Assembly (NCBI GenBank): GCA_964424305.1
Contig: CAYRHW010000007.1
Coordinates: forward strand, 1-53,763
DNA: 53,763 nucleotides
Direction of reading: 5' to 3'
Source: an uncultured Candidatus Saccharibacteria bacterium
GTDB taxonomy: Bacteria; Patescibacteriota; Minisyncoccia; Minisyncoccales; Staskawiczbacteraceae
The translations under genes were made by a program, and so were the position numbers. Positions within the stretch are counted from its first letter, which is position 1. Each line of letters begins with the position of its first letter. Of this stretch, positions 9,732-18,185 are shown piece by piece. Under the pieces are notes generated by a model. The model was not told where the DNA came from, did no database searches, and saw nothing but the letters and a program-made list of their open reading frames with translations.

Positions 9732-10250
9732 ATGCCAGAACCAACCGTCGCAAGATCGGTTTTTATTGGCCCAGGCAAGATAATACAAGTACATGTCAAC
9801 GGGCATGTATACCCGAGTATCCTTGCCAACGCAGGAAAAACCTGGGTTCTTATCGCCTCACTTTCAACGGGTGAACCTATAACTCTAACGGAATCTTCGC
9901 TTATCTCAATTTTGAAAAAAACCATCGACCCAATGACTACTAATGGATTCCGACACTTCCTTTTCATATTCGGATTAACTCTTCAAGATGTATTCGATGA
10001 TAACCCCGAAAAAACCACGACATTTATTGAAAAGGTTTGTGAAGAGCTATCCGAGAATGTCAAAACGCAAGAGCAAATCGGGCCACACACGCTAAGAAAC
10101 TTGAGCGAATTAGTGGCCTCTCTTGTTTCAGAGGCTAGCCAAGCGTTAAAGAAAGTTATCGAAACAACTATCACGAAATTACAGGGCCTGCCAAAAGGTC
10201 CGCCAATGTCTGCTACGAGACCCAAACAGTCGCGCAAACAAGGCCATTAA
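9732..10250 (+). CDS. Hypothetical protein
   Basis: ATG after AGGAGA; promoter TTGACT-N16-TAGAAT at 9669-9696. Confidence 0.65.
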   Translation: MPEPTVARSVFIGPGKIIQVHVNGHVYPSILANAGKTWVLIASLSTGEPITLTESSLISILKKTIDPMTTNGFRHFLFIFGLTLQDVFDDNPEKTTTFIEKVCEELSENVKTQEQIGPHTLRNLSELVASLVSEASQALKKVIETTITKLQGLPKGPPMSATRPKQSRKQGH

Positions 10251-10281
10251 TAATCAGGCGACACAGGAAGGAGATATGCGG

Positions 10282-10800
10282 ATGCCAAGAATCACCATCT
10301 GCGGAATGAATTCTGTCAGTGCCAAGGCTTTACGTCATCAACTGTTTAGTGATCCAAACCTGTTTTTTGGAAGAAGATGGATTTTCCAGGTTGTTATCGA
10401 GATTTTGGAGAGCAACGTCAGCAGTTTATGTGAGGATCAGCCATTCCTGATCCTAGCAGATACTCCAGGCGACCCGGCCCACGATGAGATAACCGACATT
10501 CTCCGCACAAACGGGTTTGAATTTGAAGAACTAGCGCTGAAAGCATTCAATGCAAAACCAGGAAGACTGAATCGCCAATCGGTCTTTATCGAAATTTGGG
10601 AAAGGCCCCTTGGAGTCACAGAGACTGAATTGGTCACAATACTCGCTGAAAAACTGGGCGATGAAAAAACGAATAAAGTGGCAAGAACTCTACTAAAACG
10701 TTTAGTCGACGATAGGGCGGTCCGGAAAGACCCCGATAATAAGTACAGAGCTGATATAGAGCAACTCCGCATTTTTCTATCGCGGCCACAGCCGCGTTAA
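10282..10800 (+). CDS. Hypothetical protein: possible Pro1 tautomerase-like N-domain plus C-terminal winged helix
   Basis: SD AAGGAG spacing favours MPRITICG start; C-terminal GVTETELVTIL...ARTLLKRLVDDRAVRKDPDNKY is wHTH-like. Confidence 0.6.
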   Translation: MPRITICGMNSVSAKALRHQLFSDPNLFFGRRWIFQVVIEILESNVSSLCEDQPFLILADTPGDPAHDEITDILRTNGFEFEELALKAFNAKPGRLNRQSVFIEIWERPLGVTETELVTILAEKLGDEKTNKVARTLLKRLVDDRAVRKDPDNKYRADIEQLRIFLSRPQPR

Positions 10801-10845
10801 CTAAATTTATAAAGAAAAACCACGCACCACGCGAGGTTTCTTTTT

Positions 10846-11334
10846 TTATAGCGTTCCCGCTAGATCCTGTGCCGCCTTAATCCATTTAGAGTTTCTCGGT
10901 TTATTTTTAAATTTAATTGAGACTTTTTGGATATCTATCAATTTTCGGAAGTCGCCTTTCCCCCAGTCCGAAAAAATCTTGCCTTTGTTTCTAAAAATAA
11001 TTTCTACTCCTTCGGCCCAAAGATCAAAATCCTTCTTTTTATTACCCACTAATTTATTAGAATTGAAATATGGAATTACAGCGTCTTTTAACTCGCCGAT
11101 GTTTTGGACTGAATATCTCGCCTTACTTTTTATTAAATGAATATTTCCACAGCCAAAAATACTTTTCACTTTTTCTAGAATATCTGGGCTATTAATTATT
11201 ACAAATTGCGCCTTCCATCGGTGGTAAATGGGAGAGTTTAATCTATTGCGCTTAACATCCTGTCTAAACTGAAGATCGAAGCATCCGTCTGAATTAATAA
11301 CATTTTTCACATTAATAGTTTCTTTTTTTACCAT
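10846..11334 (-). CDS. Free-standing LAGLIDADG homing-endonuclease-like protein
   Basis: INSDGCF (degenerate LAGLIDADG helix), ILEKVKSIFGCGNI, VIPYF...L.G.KKKDFDLW; start moved to MVKK. Confidence 0.85.
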   Translation of the reverse strand: MVKKETINVKNVINSDGCFDLQFRQDVKRNRLNSPIYHRWKAQFVIINSPDILEKVKSIFGCGNIHLIKSKARYSVQNIGELKDAVIPYFNSNKLVGNKKKDFDLWAEGVEIIFRNKGKIFSDWGKGDFRKLIDIQKVSIKFKNKPRNSKWIKAAQDLAGTL

Positions 11335-11361
11335 AGTATTTATGAATATGTTGCTTATCTT

Positions 11362-11374
11362 ATATTGTGCGACA
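11362..11374 (-). repeat. 13-bp repeat TGTCGCACAATAT, copy A (inverted)
   Basis: Exact intergenic match to copies at 13373 and 13980. Confidence 0.9.
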
Positions 11375-11391
11375 CTTATATTATACCACAA

Positions 11392-12333
11392 TCACTCCTT
11401 TAGAGGATGGTACTTTCTTAAGGATTTTTCAGCATAACGATCAGATGCATGAACATATCTAGTTGTAGTCTCCAACGATTCGTGGCCAAGCAGGATCTGT
11501 ATAGCAGCTGGATTTGCACCGCTTTCGGCTAAATAGGTGGCAAAAGCATGGCGGATTGAATGGCAGGATAGGGGGAGATTAATTCCCAGCAATTCTCGGT
11601 ATTTTTTTACTCTTTCTTGTAAATAATTTGCGGATATATGATGATCTTTACTCGCCATATTTTTCCCCCTATTGGGCACAAATAAATACTGCGACTCATC
11701 TAAACCCCTTATTTCAAGATAATCCTTTATGTGTCGCTCGGCCCTCTTAGTAAGGTAGGCGAATCTTTCCTTTCTGCCCTTACCGCGAATAAAAACTCTC
11801 CCGCTTTTGTCAATCTGTTCTTTTCTTAAATTTAATAACTCTGAGATACGCATTCCCGTAGAAAACAGAATTTCCAACATGGCTCGGTTACGGACAGCCA
11901 CCGTTTTATTTTTTTCAAACCTACTAGGCGACTCGATAAGAGTAATAATTTCAACAAGTTCGGAAATCCGGGGATGCTTTTTGGTAGTTTTTACCAGTTC
12001 GATGCTAGTTGGGGCAATTGGCGAATTGTAATCCATTTTAATCAGAAACTTTAGATATGACCTAAGCGCAGATAGCATTCTATTTATTGAAAAAGTGTTT
12101 AATTTTTTCATTGCTTTTTCTTTCCCCGCCGTTTGCCTATCCTGCGAGATAAGATATGCCTTATAATTTAAAATCGTTTTTTTATCGGCTTTCGCGAATT
12201 CAATGCTTGCATCATTTAAAAAATCCTCAAAAACCCCTAAGTCTCTCTCATAATTATAAATAGTTTCGTCGGAATAATTGTTTGCCCTTAAGTTGAGCAA
12301 ATAATCATCGAGCTGGGGTAGAAATATTTTCAT
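11392..12333 (-). CDS. Tyrosine recombinase, XerC/XerD family, catalytically intact
   Basis: N-terminal SAM-like domain; R (TGMRISE), K (GKGRKER), HSIRH, LGH, Y (TTRY) all present. Confidence 0.96.
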   Translation of the reverse strand: MKIFLPQLDDYLLNLRANNYSDETIYNYERDLGVFEDFLNDASIEFAKADKKTILNYKAYLISQDRQTAGKEKAMKKLNTFSINRMLSALRSYLKFLIKMDYNSPIAPTSIELVKTTKKHPRISELVEIITLIESPSRFEKNKTVAVRNRAMLEILFSTGMRISELLNLRKEQIDKSGRVFIRGKGRKERFAYLTKRAERHIKDYLEIRGLDESQYLFVPNRGKNMASKDHHISANYLQERVKKYRELLGINLPLSCHSIRHAFATYLAESGANPAAIQILLGHESLETTTRYVHASDRYAEKSLRKYHPLKE

Positions 12334-12404
12334 ATATTATGTTTCGAGTTTAATAATGATGTTGTTATTTGGGATTAAAAGAAAAACACAATTTCTCATT
12401 GTCA

Positions 12405-13031
12405 TTAAATTATACCAAACCTTAAATAATGATACGGTGCCAAGCTGTCAGATCTCTTTTCGAGATACTCGTTGATAGGGGAATATATATTTTCGGGTAG
12501 TTCATGCAGACAGCCCTTATTTAGACCACATATTCGACGAACCTTAAAGCCAGTTGAAATTATTACGTTTAAAATGGCCCTATCTCTTAACCCAATTATA
12601 TTGCTGGAATCTGGGGCACCTAAGAGCGACTGGATACCCTTACCATCTAAATACAGGTCGCTTTTGGGGCATTTATTGACCCTAGGAAGGGTTATTTTAC
12701 TAGGAACGAGGGAAACTATCCCCTGGACCCCAAAATAGCCCAAAAGGGCCCTCAAAACGATCAAATAGTAGTGCTGGGTGTTCGGCTTAAGAAATTTGCC
12801 CGTGTTATGGTTAAGAGTAGGGGATAGTAAGTAATTCTTATAATCTGCGATGTGTTTTTCATTTAATTCGTGAGGTTTTAAATCTTCTAAATTATTTTGC
12901 TTCAACCAAACTAAAAATTTTTCTAAAAATCTTTTATAATTTTCTTGTGTTGCGCTAGAAAGACCCACTGCACGACAATAGGCGATAAAGTTTGGAAGGC
13001 TCTCTATAATCGTCTTATTAGATTGGTTCAT
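12405..13031 (-). CDS. Truncated Xer-like protein (core-binding domain only, catalytically dead) or pseudogene
   Basis: GLSSATQENY, LIVLRALLGY, LRDRAIL; catalytic R replaced (STGFK); ends before HxxR, H and Y. Confidence 0.8.
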   Translation of the reverse strand: MNQSNKTIIESLPNFIAYCRAVGLSSATQENYKRFLEKFLVWLKQNNLEDLKPHELNEKHIADYKNYLLSPTLNHNTGKFLKPNTQHYYLIVLRALLGYFGVQGIVSLVPSKITLPRVNKCPKSDLYLDGKGIQSLLGAPDSSNIIGLRDRAILNVIISTGFKVRRICGLNKGCLHELPENIYSPINEYLEKRSDSLAPYHYLRFGII

Positions 13032-13372
13032 GTATATAAACTGAGTGTAAGAGTTATTATACTCATATTACTATATTAATAATAAACCTCTTAAATGTGG
13101 TGTCAAGAGACTTCTCCGGGCGATACGGGCCAGCCCACATTCTTCCTTTCTTTTATTATGGATATATTATTAAAAATATTTTTATTATAATCCCCTATAG
13201 AATATAAAATATTTATTTAAAATATTTCTTATTTTCCCTGCATCCTTGCCCACTCTTCATAACCACTCCCCTAACGAATTATGTCAGTATTTCCAAAAGG
13301 GACTAAAAACAGCCTTTTGGCTGGTTTGAGGGTATTAGGGATCGGTTTAACCACGCTGTGGGACCCTTTATT

Positions 13373-13385
13373 TGTCGCACAATAT
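13373..13385 (+). repeat. 13-bp repeat TGTCGCACAATAT, copy B
   Basis: Exact intergenic copy. Confidence 0.9.
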
Positions 13386-13461
13386 CAATATATTACCATT
13401 TAATTAAACGGAAAGGGCGGCCATTGCTGACCGCCCCGAGGTTCCGATAGATAGAACCCCC

Positions 13462-13887
13462 TTAGTACTGAGGCCCGAGAGCCGCTTTCCGTCGCACTTG
13501 TTGAAAGCGCGTCTCCCAGTCCTTCCAGACCTGCCATTTGATCGGCGTGCCGTCTGGAGCACGTTCGACGACGTTGGCCGTGTTGGCCTTGATGACCTCT
13601 ACGGACTTACCTGTCATCTCGGCAATGACATAATTCAGGGTCCCGTCGAATTCCTCGTCGACGAAAGTCACCCGATCATGTCCCCAATGTCCCACAACGG
13701 TGAAGTCCAGGTGCCCCGGAAAGCTGCTCTTCGCCTCTTCGGCGAAGACCCGCACGGGTTTGTTGTCCTGGTCAAATGCCTTCTCCGCTTGAGCAGTCTT
13801 CTGAGATGCCTTCCTCATGACGACACCGCAGATAGTCCCCACCACGATCACGAACGCGATGGTCGTTACTTTCCTACTCATCTTCAT
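13462..13887 (-). CDS. Hypothetical membrane-anchored or exported protein (GC-rich cargo gene)
   Basis: N-terminal TM, DEEFDG loop; own consensus promoter and terminator (about 13411-13438); lies between repeat copies B and C. Confidence 0.8.
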   Translation of the reverse strand: MKMSRKVTTIAFVIVVGTICGVVMRKASQKTAQAEKAFDQDNKPVRVFAEEAKSSFPGHLDFTVVGHWGHDRVTFVDEEFDGTLNYVIAEMTGKSVEVIKANTANVVERAPDGTPIKWQVWKDWETRFQQVRRKAALGPQY

Positions 13888-13946
13888 AATTCTTCCCTTT
13901 CAAAAGAAGATCGGCCAGTAAACATCTTAATTTTAACGATGCACAT

Positions 13947-13975
13947 ATTATATCACTGTTGTCTTATTGTGTCAA
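13947..13975 (-). promoter_or_regulatory. Consensus sigma70 promoter of the cargo gene
   Basis: TTGACA-N17-TATAAT on minus strand. Confidence 0.8.
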
Positions 13976-13979
13976 CATA

Positions 13980-13992
13980 TGTCGCACAATAT
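13980..13992 (+). repeat. 13-bp repeat TGTCGCACAATAT, copy C
   Basis: Exact intergenic copy, 4 nt from the cargo gene -35 box. Confidence 0.9.
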
Positions 13993-14046
13993 TAAATAAC
14001 TAAAAAGCGACTGCTAATAGTCGCCTCATTCACAATCAATAACAGC

Positions 14047-14382
14047 TTATGGGGTAACCTCAGGTGGCTTACTGCCCAGTATGCTATTAAAAATCCCGGA
14101 GAAATAATTCTTTGTTTTCTGCCAGATGTTAAGGGTTGCTTCCTTCGCCTGCCCTTTTATTTCCTCCTTAGCTATATTCTGCCTTTTCTCTATTTCTGAT
14201 GTAACTGATTTAAAAATATGTTTATTCCAGAAATCTACACACTGATTCCAAATGCCGATCCCCCACCCCTCTATCTTCTGCCACATATCTCTCCCGAGTT
14301 TTTCGAAAAACGGTTGTTGTCCCAAAACTAATACTAAAAATACAAGAATGATAAAAATAACGTATTTTAATGCTCCGAACAT
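14047..14382 (-). CDS. Hypothetical membrane-anchored protein
   Basis: N-terminal TM plus amphipathic helices; last gene of the gltX-mur block. Confidence 0.75.
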   Translation of the reverse strand: MFGALKYVIFIILVFLVLVLGQQPFFEKLGRDMWQKIEGWGIGIWNQCVDFWNKHIFKSVTSEIEKRQNIAKEEIKGQAKEATLNIWQKTKNYFSGIFNSILGSKPPEVTP

Positions 14383-14386
14383 ATTA

Positions 14387-15910
14387 TTATTTAATTAATT
14401 CTTTAGCTTCTCGGATTCTTTGAAGGGTCAATCCCCTACCTAAAATCTCGGCAATTTCAAATGGACCTGCAGAAAACTCTTTCCCGGTTAAGGCCACCCT
14501 TAACGGCCATAGTAGGTATCCTTTATTCGGCATCTGTTCAGATTCCATTAGTAAAACATTTTGTAAATTTTTTAAATCCCAGTTTTTATCTTCAACACCA
14601 CCCAAAACAACCTCTAATTTGTCGAGAGCATCGGACAAATCTTTTTCGGTTGTTTTCTGCCATTTCAAAAGCTCTTTCGGATAATTGAGCCTTCCCTTAA
14701 AGAAAAAATCTACAAGCGGAACAATCTCGTCTAGTCTCTTAAGCCTTTCTTGGTATAAACTAATTATCTTTTCTATCGTCCCAAATGACATTTTTTCTTC
14801 TGTGTCTATCACACGATAGCTTTTAAGCACCTTTTCTTGCGAACCATTAAAATCGATTAAACCACCCGTAACTAAATATGGGATACAAATCTCAGTTAAG
14901 GCGCTCAAGGGTTTTTGTCTTAAGTAAAATCCGTTTAGAAAATCTAATTTCTTCTGATCAAATATGGCCCCTCCTTTTTGGATTTTTTCTAGAGAAAATT
15001 CCTTAACTAATTGCTCTAAAGAGAAAAATTCTTTTTCTGTTCCAGGATTCCACCCCAAAAATGCTAGGAAGTTAATTATCGCCTCTGGCAGATATCCCGC
15101 ATTTTTATATTCAATGGCTGAAACAGCACCATGCCTTTTCGAGAGCTTACTTCTATCCGGAGCTAATATTAGGGGTATGTGCCCATAAATTGGTTTTTTA
15201 AACCCCAGGGCCTCCTGTATCAGTATTTGCTTTGGTGTATTAGAAATATGTTCTTCCCCCCTTATTACATGGGTGATGGCCATTTCGTGATCATCTATCG
15301 CCCCTGCTAGGTAAAACAATGGCGTAGATAGGTTCTTGGCGATAACGAAGTCCCCTATCGTGCCCAAATCAACCTCAATTTTTCCACGGATTACATCCTC
15401 AAAATGCATCTTTTTTTCCGGAGTTCTTAACCGAATAACACATCTGATATTTTTCTTTAAATTATCTTCTATCTCCTCAACTGATAATGAGGAGCATTTC
15501 CTATCATATTTTGGGGCTGATCCCCTGCTCATCTGGTCCTGACGCTTGGCTTCTAGCTCCTCAGCAGAGCAGAAGCAATAATATGCCTTTCCCTCTTTTA
15601 GCAACTGTTCTAAATATTTTTTGTAAATCTCTGTTCTTTCAGTTTGACGGTAGGGTCCATATTTTCCCTCAATATCTGGCCCTTCATCCCAATTAATTCC
15701 CAACCACTTTAAACTTTCGAAAATTCCACCCTCAAACTCTCTTTTAGACCTTTCTAAATCTGTATCCTCGATTCTTAAAACAAAAGTCCCTTTATTCTGC
15801 TTTGCAAAAAGGTAGTTAAAGAGCGCGGTCCTTACTCCGCCAATATGCAAAAAACCCGTTGGTGAAGGAGCAAACCTTGTTCTTACTTTAATTTTTTTTG
15901 AAACTGCCAT
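14387..15910 (-). CDS. gltX: Glutamate--tRNA ligase
   Basis: RFAPSPTGFLHIGG, KLSKR. Confidence 0.99.
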   Translation of the reverse strand: MAVSKKIKVRTRFAPSPTGFLHIGGVRTALFNYLFAKQNKGTFVLRIEDTDLERSKREFEGGIFESLKWLGINWDEGPDIEGKYGPYRQTERTEIYKKYLEQLLKEGKAYYCFCSAEELEAKRQDQMSRGSAPKYDRKCSSLSVEEIEDNLKKNIRCVIRLRTPEKKMHFEDVIRGKIEVDLGTIGDFVIAKNLSTPLFYLAGAIDDHEMAITHVIRGEEHISNTPKQILIQEALGFKKPIYGHIPLILAPDRSKLSKRHGAVSAIEYKNAGYLPEAIINFLAFLGWNPGTEKEFFSLEQLVKEFSLEKIQKGGAIFDQKKLDFLNGFYLRQKPLSALTEICIPYLVTGGLIDFNGSQEKVLKSYRVIDTEEKMSFGTIEKIISLYQERLKRLDEIVPLVDFFFKGRLNYPKELLKWQKTTEKDLSDALDKLEVVLGGVEDKNWDLKNLQNVLLMESEQMPNKGYLLWPLRVALTGKEFSAGPFEIAEILGRGLTLQRIREAKELIK

Positions 15911-15915
15911 AAGGG

Positions 15916-17040
15916 TTATTTGCTAGGAGTTACCATTAAATATTCTAATATCTCTCGGGCAATAACTTTGGCGGCCAAAGGTTTTGAAAATTTCAAGGCT
16001 TGATTTTTCATTTCCTCCAAGTCTAATGGTCGGGCGAACACAGAATGTATTTTTTCTAAGAAAAAGTTTTGCGTAAGATTGTCCTGTTCTATAACAACAG
16101 CTGCCCCTGTTTGCGCATAGGCATAGGCGTTCTTGGCCTGGTGGTTTGCAGCTGCTCCGGGTAGTGGCACCAAAATACTTGGCGCGCCGATAGCGGCGAT
16201 TTCAAAAATAGTACCAGCACCTGCCCTTGAAATGATGAAATCTGAAACCCTGTACACATGCTTCAGCTTTTCTTCATCTAAAAACGAGAAAAGATGGTAG
16301 TACGGTTCGAGTTCTTTCTTTATTGTTACTTGGACCTCTGATTGCACTTGTTTTAGATTGGCATTACCACAGATATGGACTACTTCAAACTCCTCAAGTA
16401 AAATATTTAACGCACTTAGGACAAAATCATTAATAAACTCAGCGCCCTGGGAGCCCCCAAAGAAAAAAAGTACTGGTTTTTCTAGGCTAATATCAAAAAG
16501 ATCTTTGGCTTGTTGTTCGGTTCCTTCTAAAATCTCTGCTCTAATTGGATTTCCAACTAGAGTTGTTAGTGCTGGGTCTAAATATTCTGTTTTCGGAAAG
16601 GAGATATATACCTTCCTCGCCCATTTACTAGAAATTCTATTAACTCGTCCAGGAACAACGTCCGACTCGTGTATAAAAATTGGAAGACCAAATAGCTTAG
16701 CACACAAAAGAACTGGTAGAGCCCCATATCCTCCCTTTGAAAAAACTAAATGTGGCTCAATTTTTGCCAGCAAAAAGAAGGATTGAATAATCCCCCAAGG
16801 AATTTTAAATAGAATGTCTGTTATATTTTGAAAAGAAAAATAGTTCCTTACTTTTCCAGCCGAAATTATTCTAATTTTTACGTCCTCTTGGGCTAATAGA
16901 ATGGAACCATATTCGTCTTGCGGACCCATATAGAAAAACTCCAAATCTGGTTTAGGATAAAGCTTTCTTATCTCTCTTATAATGGCGATCAGCGGGAAAA
17001 CATGTCCACCCGTTCCCCCACCAGTAAATAATATACGCAT
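15916..17040 (-). CDS. murG: Lipid II GlcNAc transferase
   Basis: GGGTGGHVFP, GNPIR, GGSQGA, SRAGA, HQAKNA. Confidence 0.98.
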   Translation of the reverse strand: MRILFTGGGTGGHVFPLIAIIREIRKLYPKPDLEFFYMGPQDEYGSILLAQEDVKIRIISAGKVRNYFSFQNITDILFKIPWGIIQSFFLLAKIEPHLVFSKGGYGALPVLLCAKLFGLPIFIHESDVVPGRVNRISSKWARKVYISFPKTEYLDPALTTLVGNPIRAEILEGTEQQAKDLFDISLEKPVLFFFGGSQGAEFINDFVLSALNILLEEFEVVHICGNANLKQVQSEVQVTIKKELEPYYHLFSFLDEEKLKHVYRVSDFIISRAGAGTIFEIAAIGAPSILVPLPGAAANHQAKNAYAYAQTGAAVVIEQDNLTQNFFLEKIHSVFARPLDLEEMKNQALKFSKPLAAKVIAREILEYLMVTPSK

Positions 17041-17051
17041 TTTAAAAAATA

Positions 17052-18185
17052 TTAATCCTTAGAATGTCTAGCAATATTTAATAGCAAACCGATACCAATC
17101 AATTCCGCAATAAGATGAGACCCTCCATAACTAATAAATGGCAGGGGCACTCCGCTTATTGGAAACAGCCCGATCATTGAACTTATATTAACAAATCCCT
17201 GGAAAAGTATCCAGAAAGTAACCCCCAGCGCCACCAGTTGGTAAAACTTATCGTCAGCCCGGCGGGCTATGGCGAAACCAGCCCATAATAGCATTAGGAA
17301 TAATGAAATCAGTATTGAACACCCGACAAAACCCGTCTCTTCCGCATAGACAGCGAAGGTAGAGTCTGACATTGATTGTGGCAGGGATCCGAATTTTTGG
17401 CTAGACATGCCCAAGCCTTTTCCCCCAAGCCCACCCGAACCTACGGCAATTAGCGCTTGCGTAATTTGGAAGCCCTTACCCTGCGGGTCGTCGTTGGGGT
17501 TAAACATTGTTGTTATTCTGGAAAAACGATACGGCTCCTGAACAATCAATAGGGCAAAAACCAAAATGGTCATAAAAATTATCAGCAATACTTGCCACTT
17601 CGGAACACCGGAAGCAAAGTAGATTGCAATTGAAGTTGCTCCAACAATAAATAATGTGGTAGCATCTTTTTGAAAAAAGAAAATTAATCCAATAACCATC
17701 AAGAAAACACAGAATGGAATGAAAATCTTCGTAAGCCCCCTTCTTCCAGAACTGTTTGCCGTTGGGAGCATCCTGTTGGTTGGCTGAAGCCTATTTCTTA
17801 GCCAACTTGCGAGATATATGATACTAAATATTTTTATAAACTCCGATGGCTGAAAAGAAATGCCGCCAATACTTAACCAACGGCTCGCCCCCCAAAAACT
17901 AACACCCAACGCTGGTAAAAAAACTAGGACTAGGGCAATAATATTTCCCAACATTAAAAGCGGTCCCATTTTTTTTGTAAAACTCAATGGCACGATAAAA
18001 GCGACCAGGCAAAGAAATAGCCCCGGTAGAATTCCATAGATAAATTGATGAATCCAATAATGGTTTGTTGTTCCAAACCGATTCATGGAGGCTGGGGCGG
18101 AAATTGTAGCAAGGAAAGAAAGCCCTAGGATCAAAAGCAAGGAGACAATCAGCACAACAAAATAGTCTAGATGCTTAATCTTCAT
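17052..18185 (-). CDS. ftsW: SEDS peptidoglycan glycosyltransferase FtsW
   Basis: GASRW, FQPSEF, GGLGGKG, GVPLPFISYGGS; located between murD and murG. Confidence 0.92.
   Translation of the reverse strand: MKIKHLDYFVVLIVSLLLILGLSFLATISAPASMNRFGTTNHYWIHQFIYGILPGLFLCLVAFIVPLSFTKKMGPLLMLGNIIALVLVFLPALGVSFWGASRWLSIGGISFQPSEFIKIFSIIYLASWLRNRLQPTNRMLPTANSSGRRGLTKIFIPFCVFLMVIGLIFFFQKDATTLFIVGATSIAIYFASGVPKWQVLLIIFMTILVFALLIVQEPYRFSRITTMFNPNDDPQGKGFQITQALIAVGSGGLGGKGLGMSSQKFGSLPQSMSDSTFAVYAEETGFVGCSILISLFLMLLWAGFAIARRADDKFYQLVALGVTFWILFQGFVNISSMIGLFPISGVPLPFISYGGSHLIAELIGIGLLLNIARHSKD

Noticed and set aside
10846-11334. Group I intron or intein hosting the LAGLIDADG ORF
   Set aside because: Flanking genes are intact, the flanks are too short for a ribozyme core, and the ORF ends at a terminator.
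13498-13995. 165-aa plus-strand ORF and the many other antisense ORFs in the track (e.g. 326-583, 5183-5731, 19221-19745, 53305-53564)
   Set aside because: They are shadows of better-supported opposite-strand genes and have no recognisable motifs or SD.
10800-14000. Replication terminus inferred from the switch from plus- to minus-strand genes near xer
   Set aside because: Suggestive only. The plus-strand genes on the left look A/C-rich, as lagging-strand genes do, and I found no complete canonical 28-bp dif site; a GC-skew calculation is needed.
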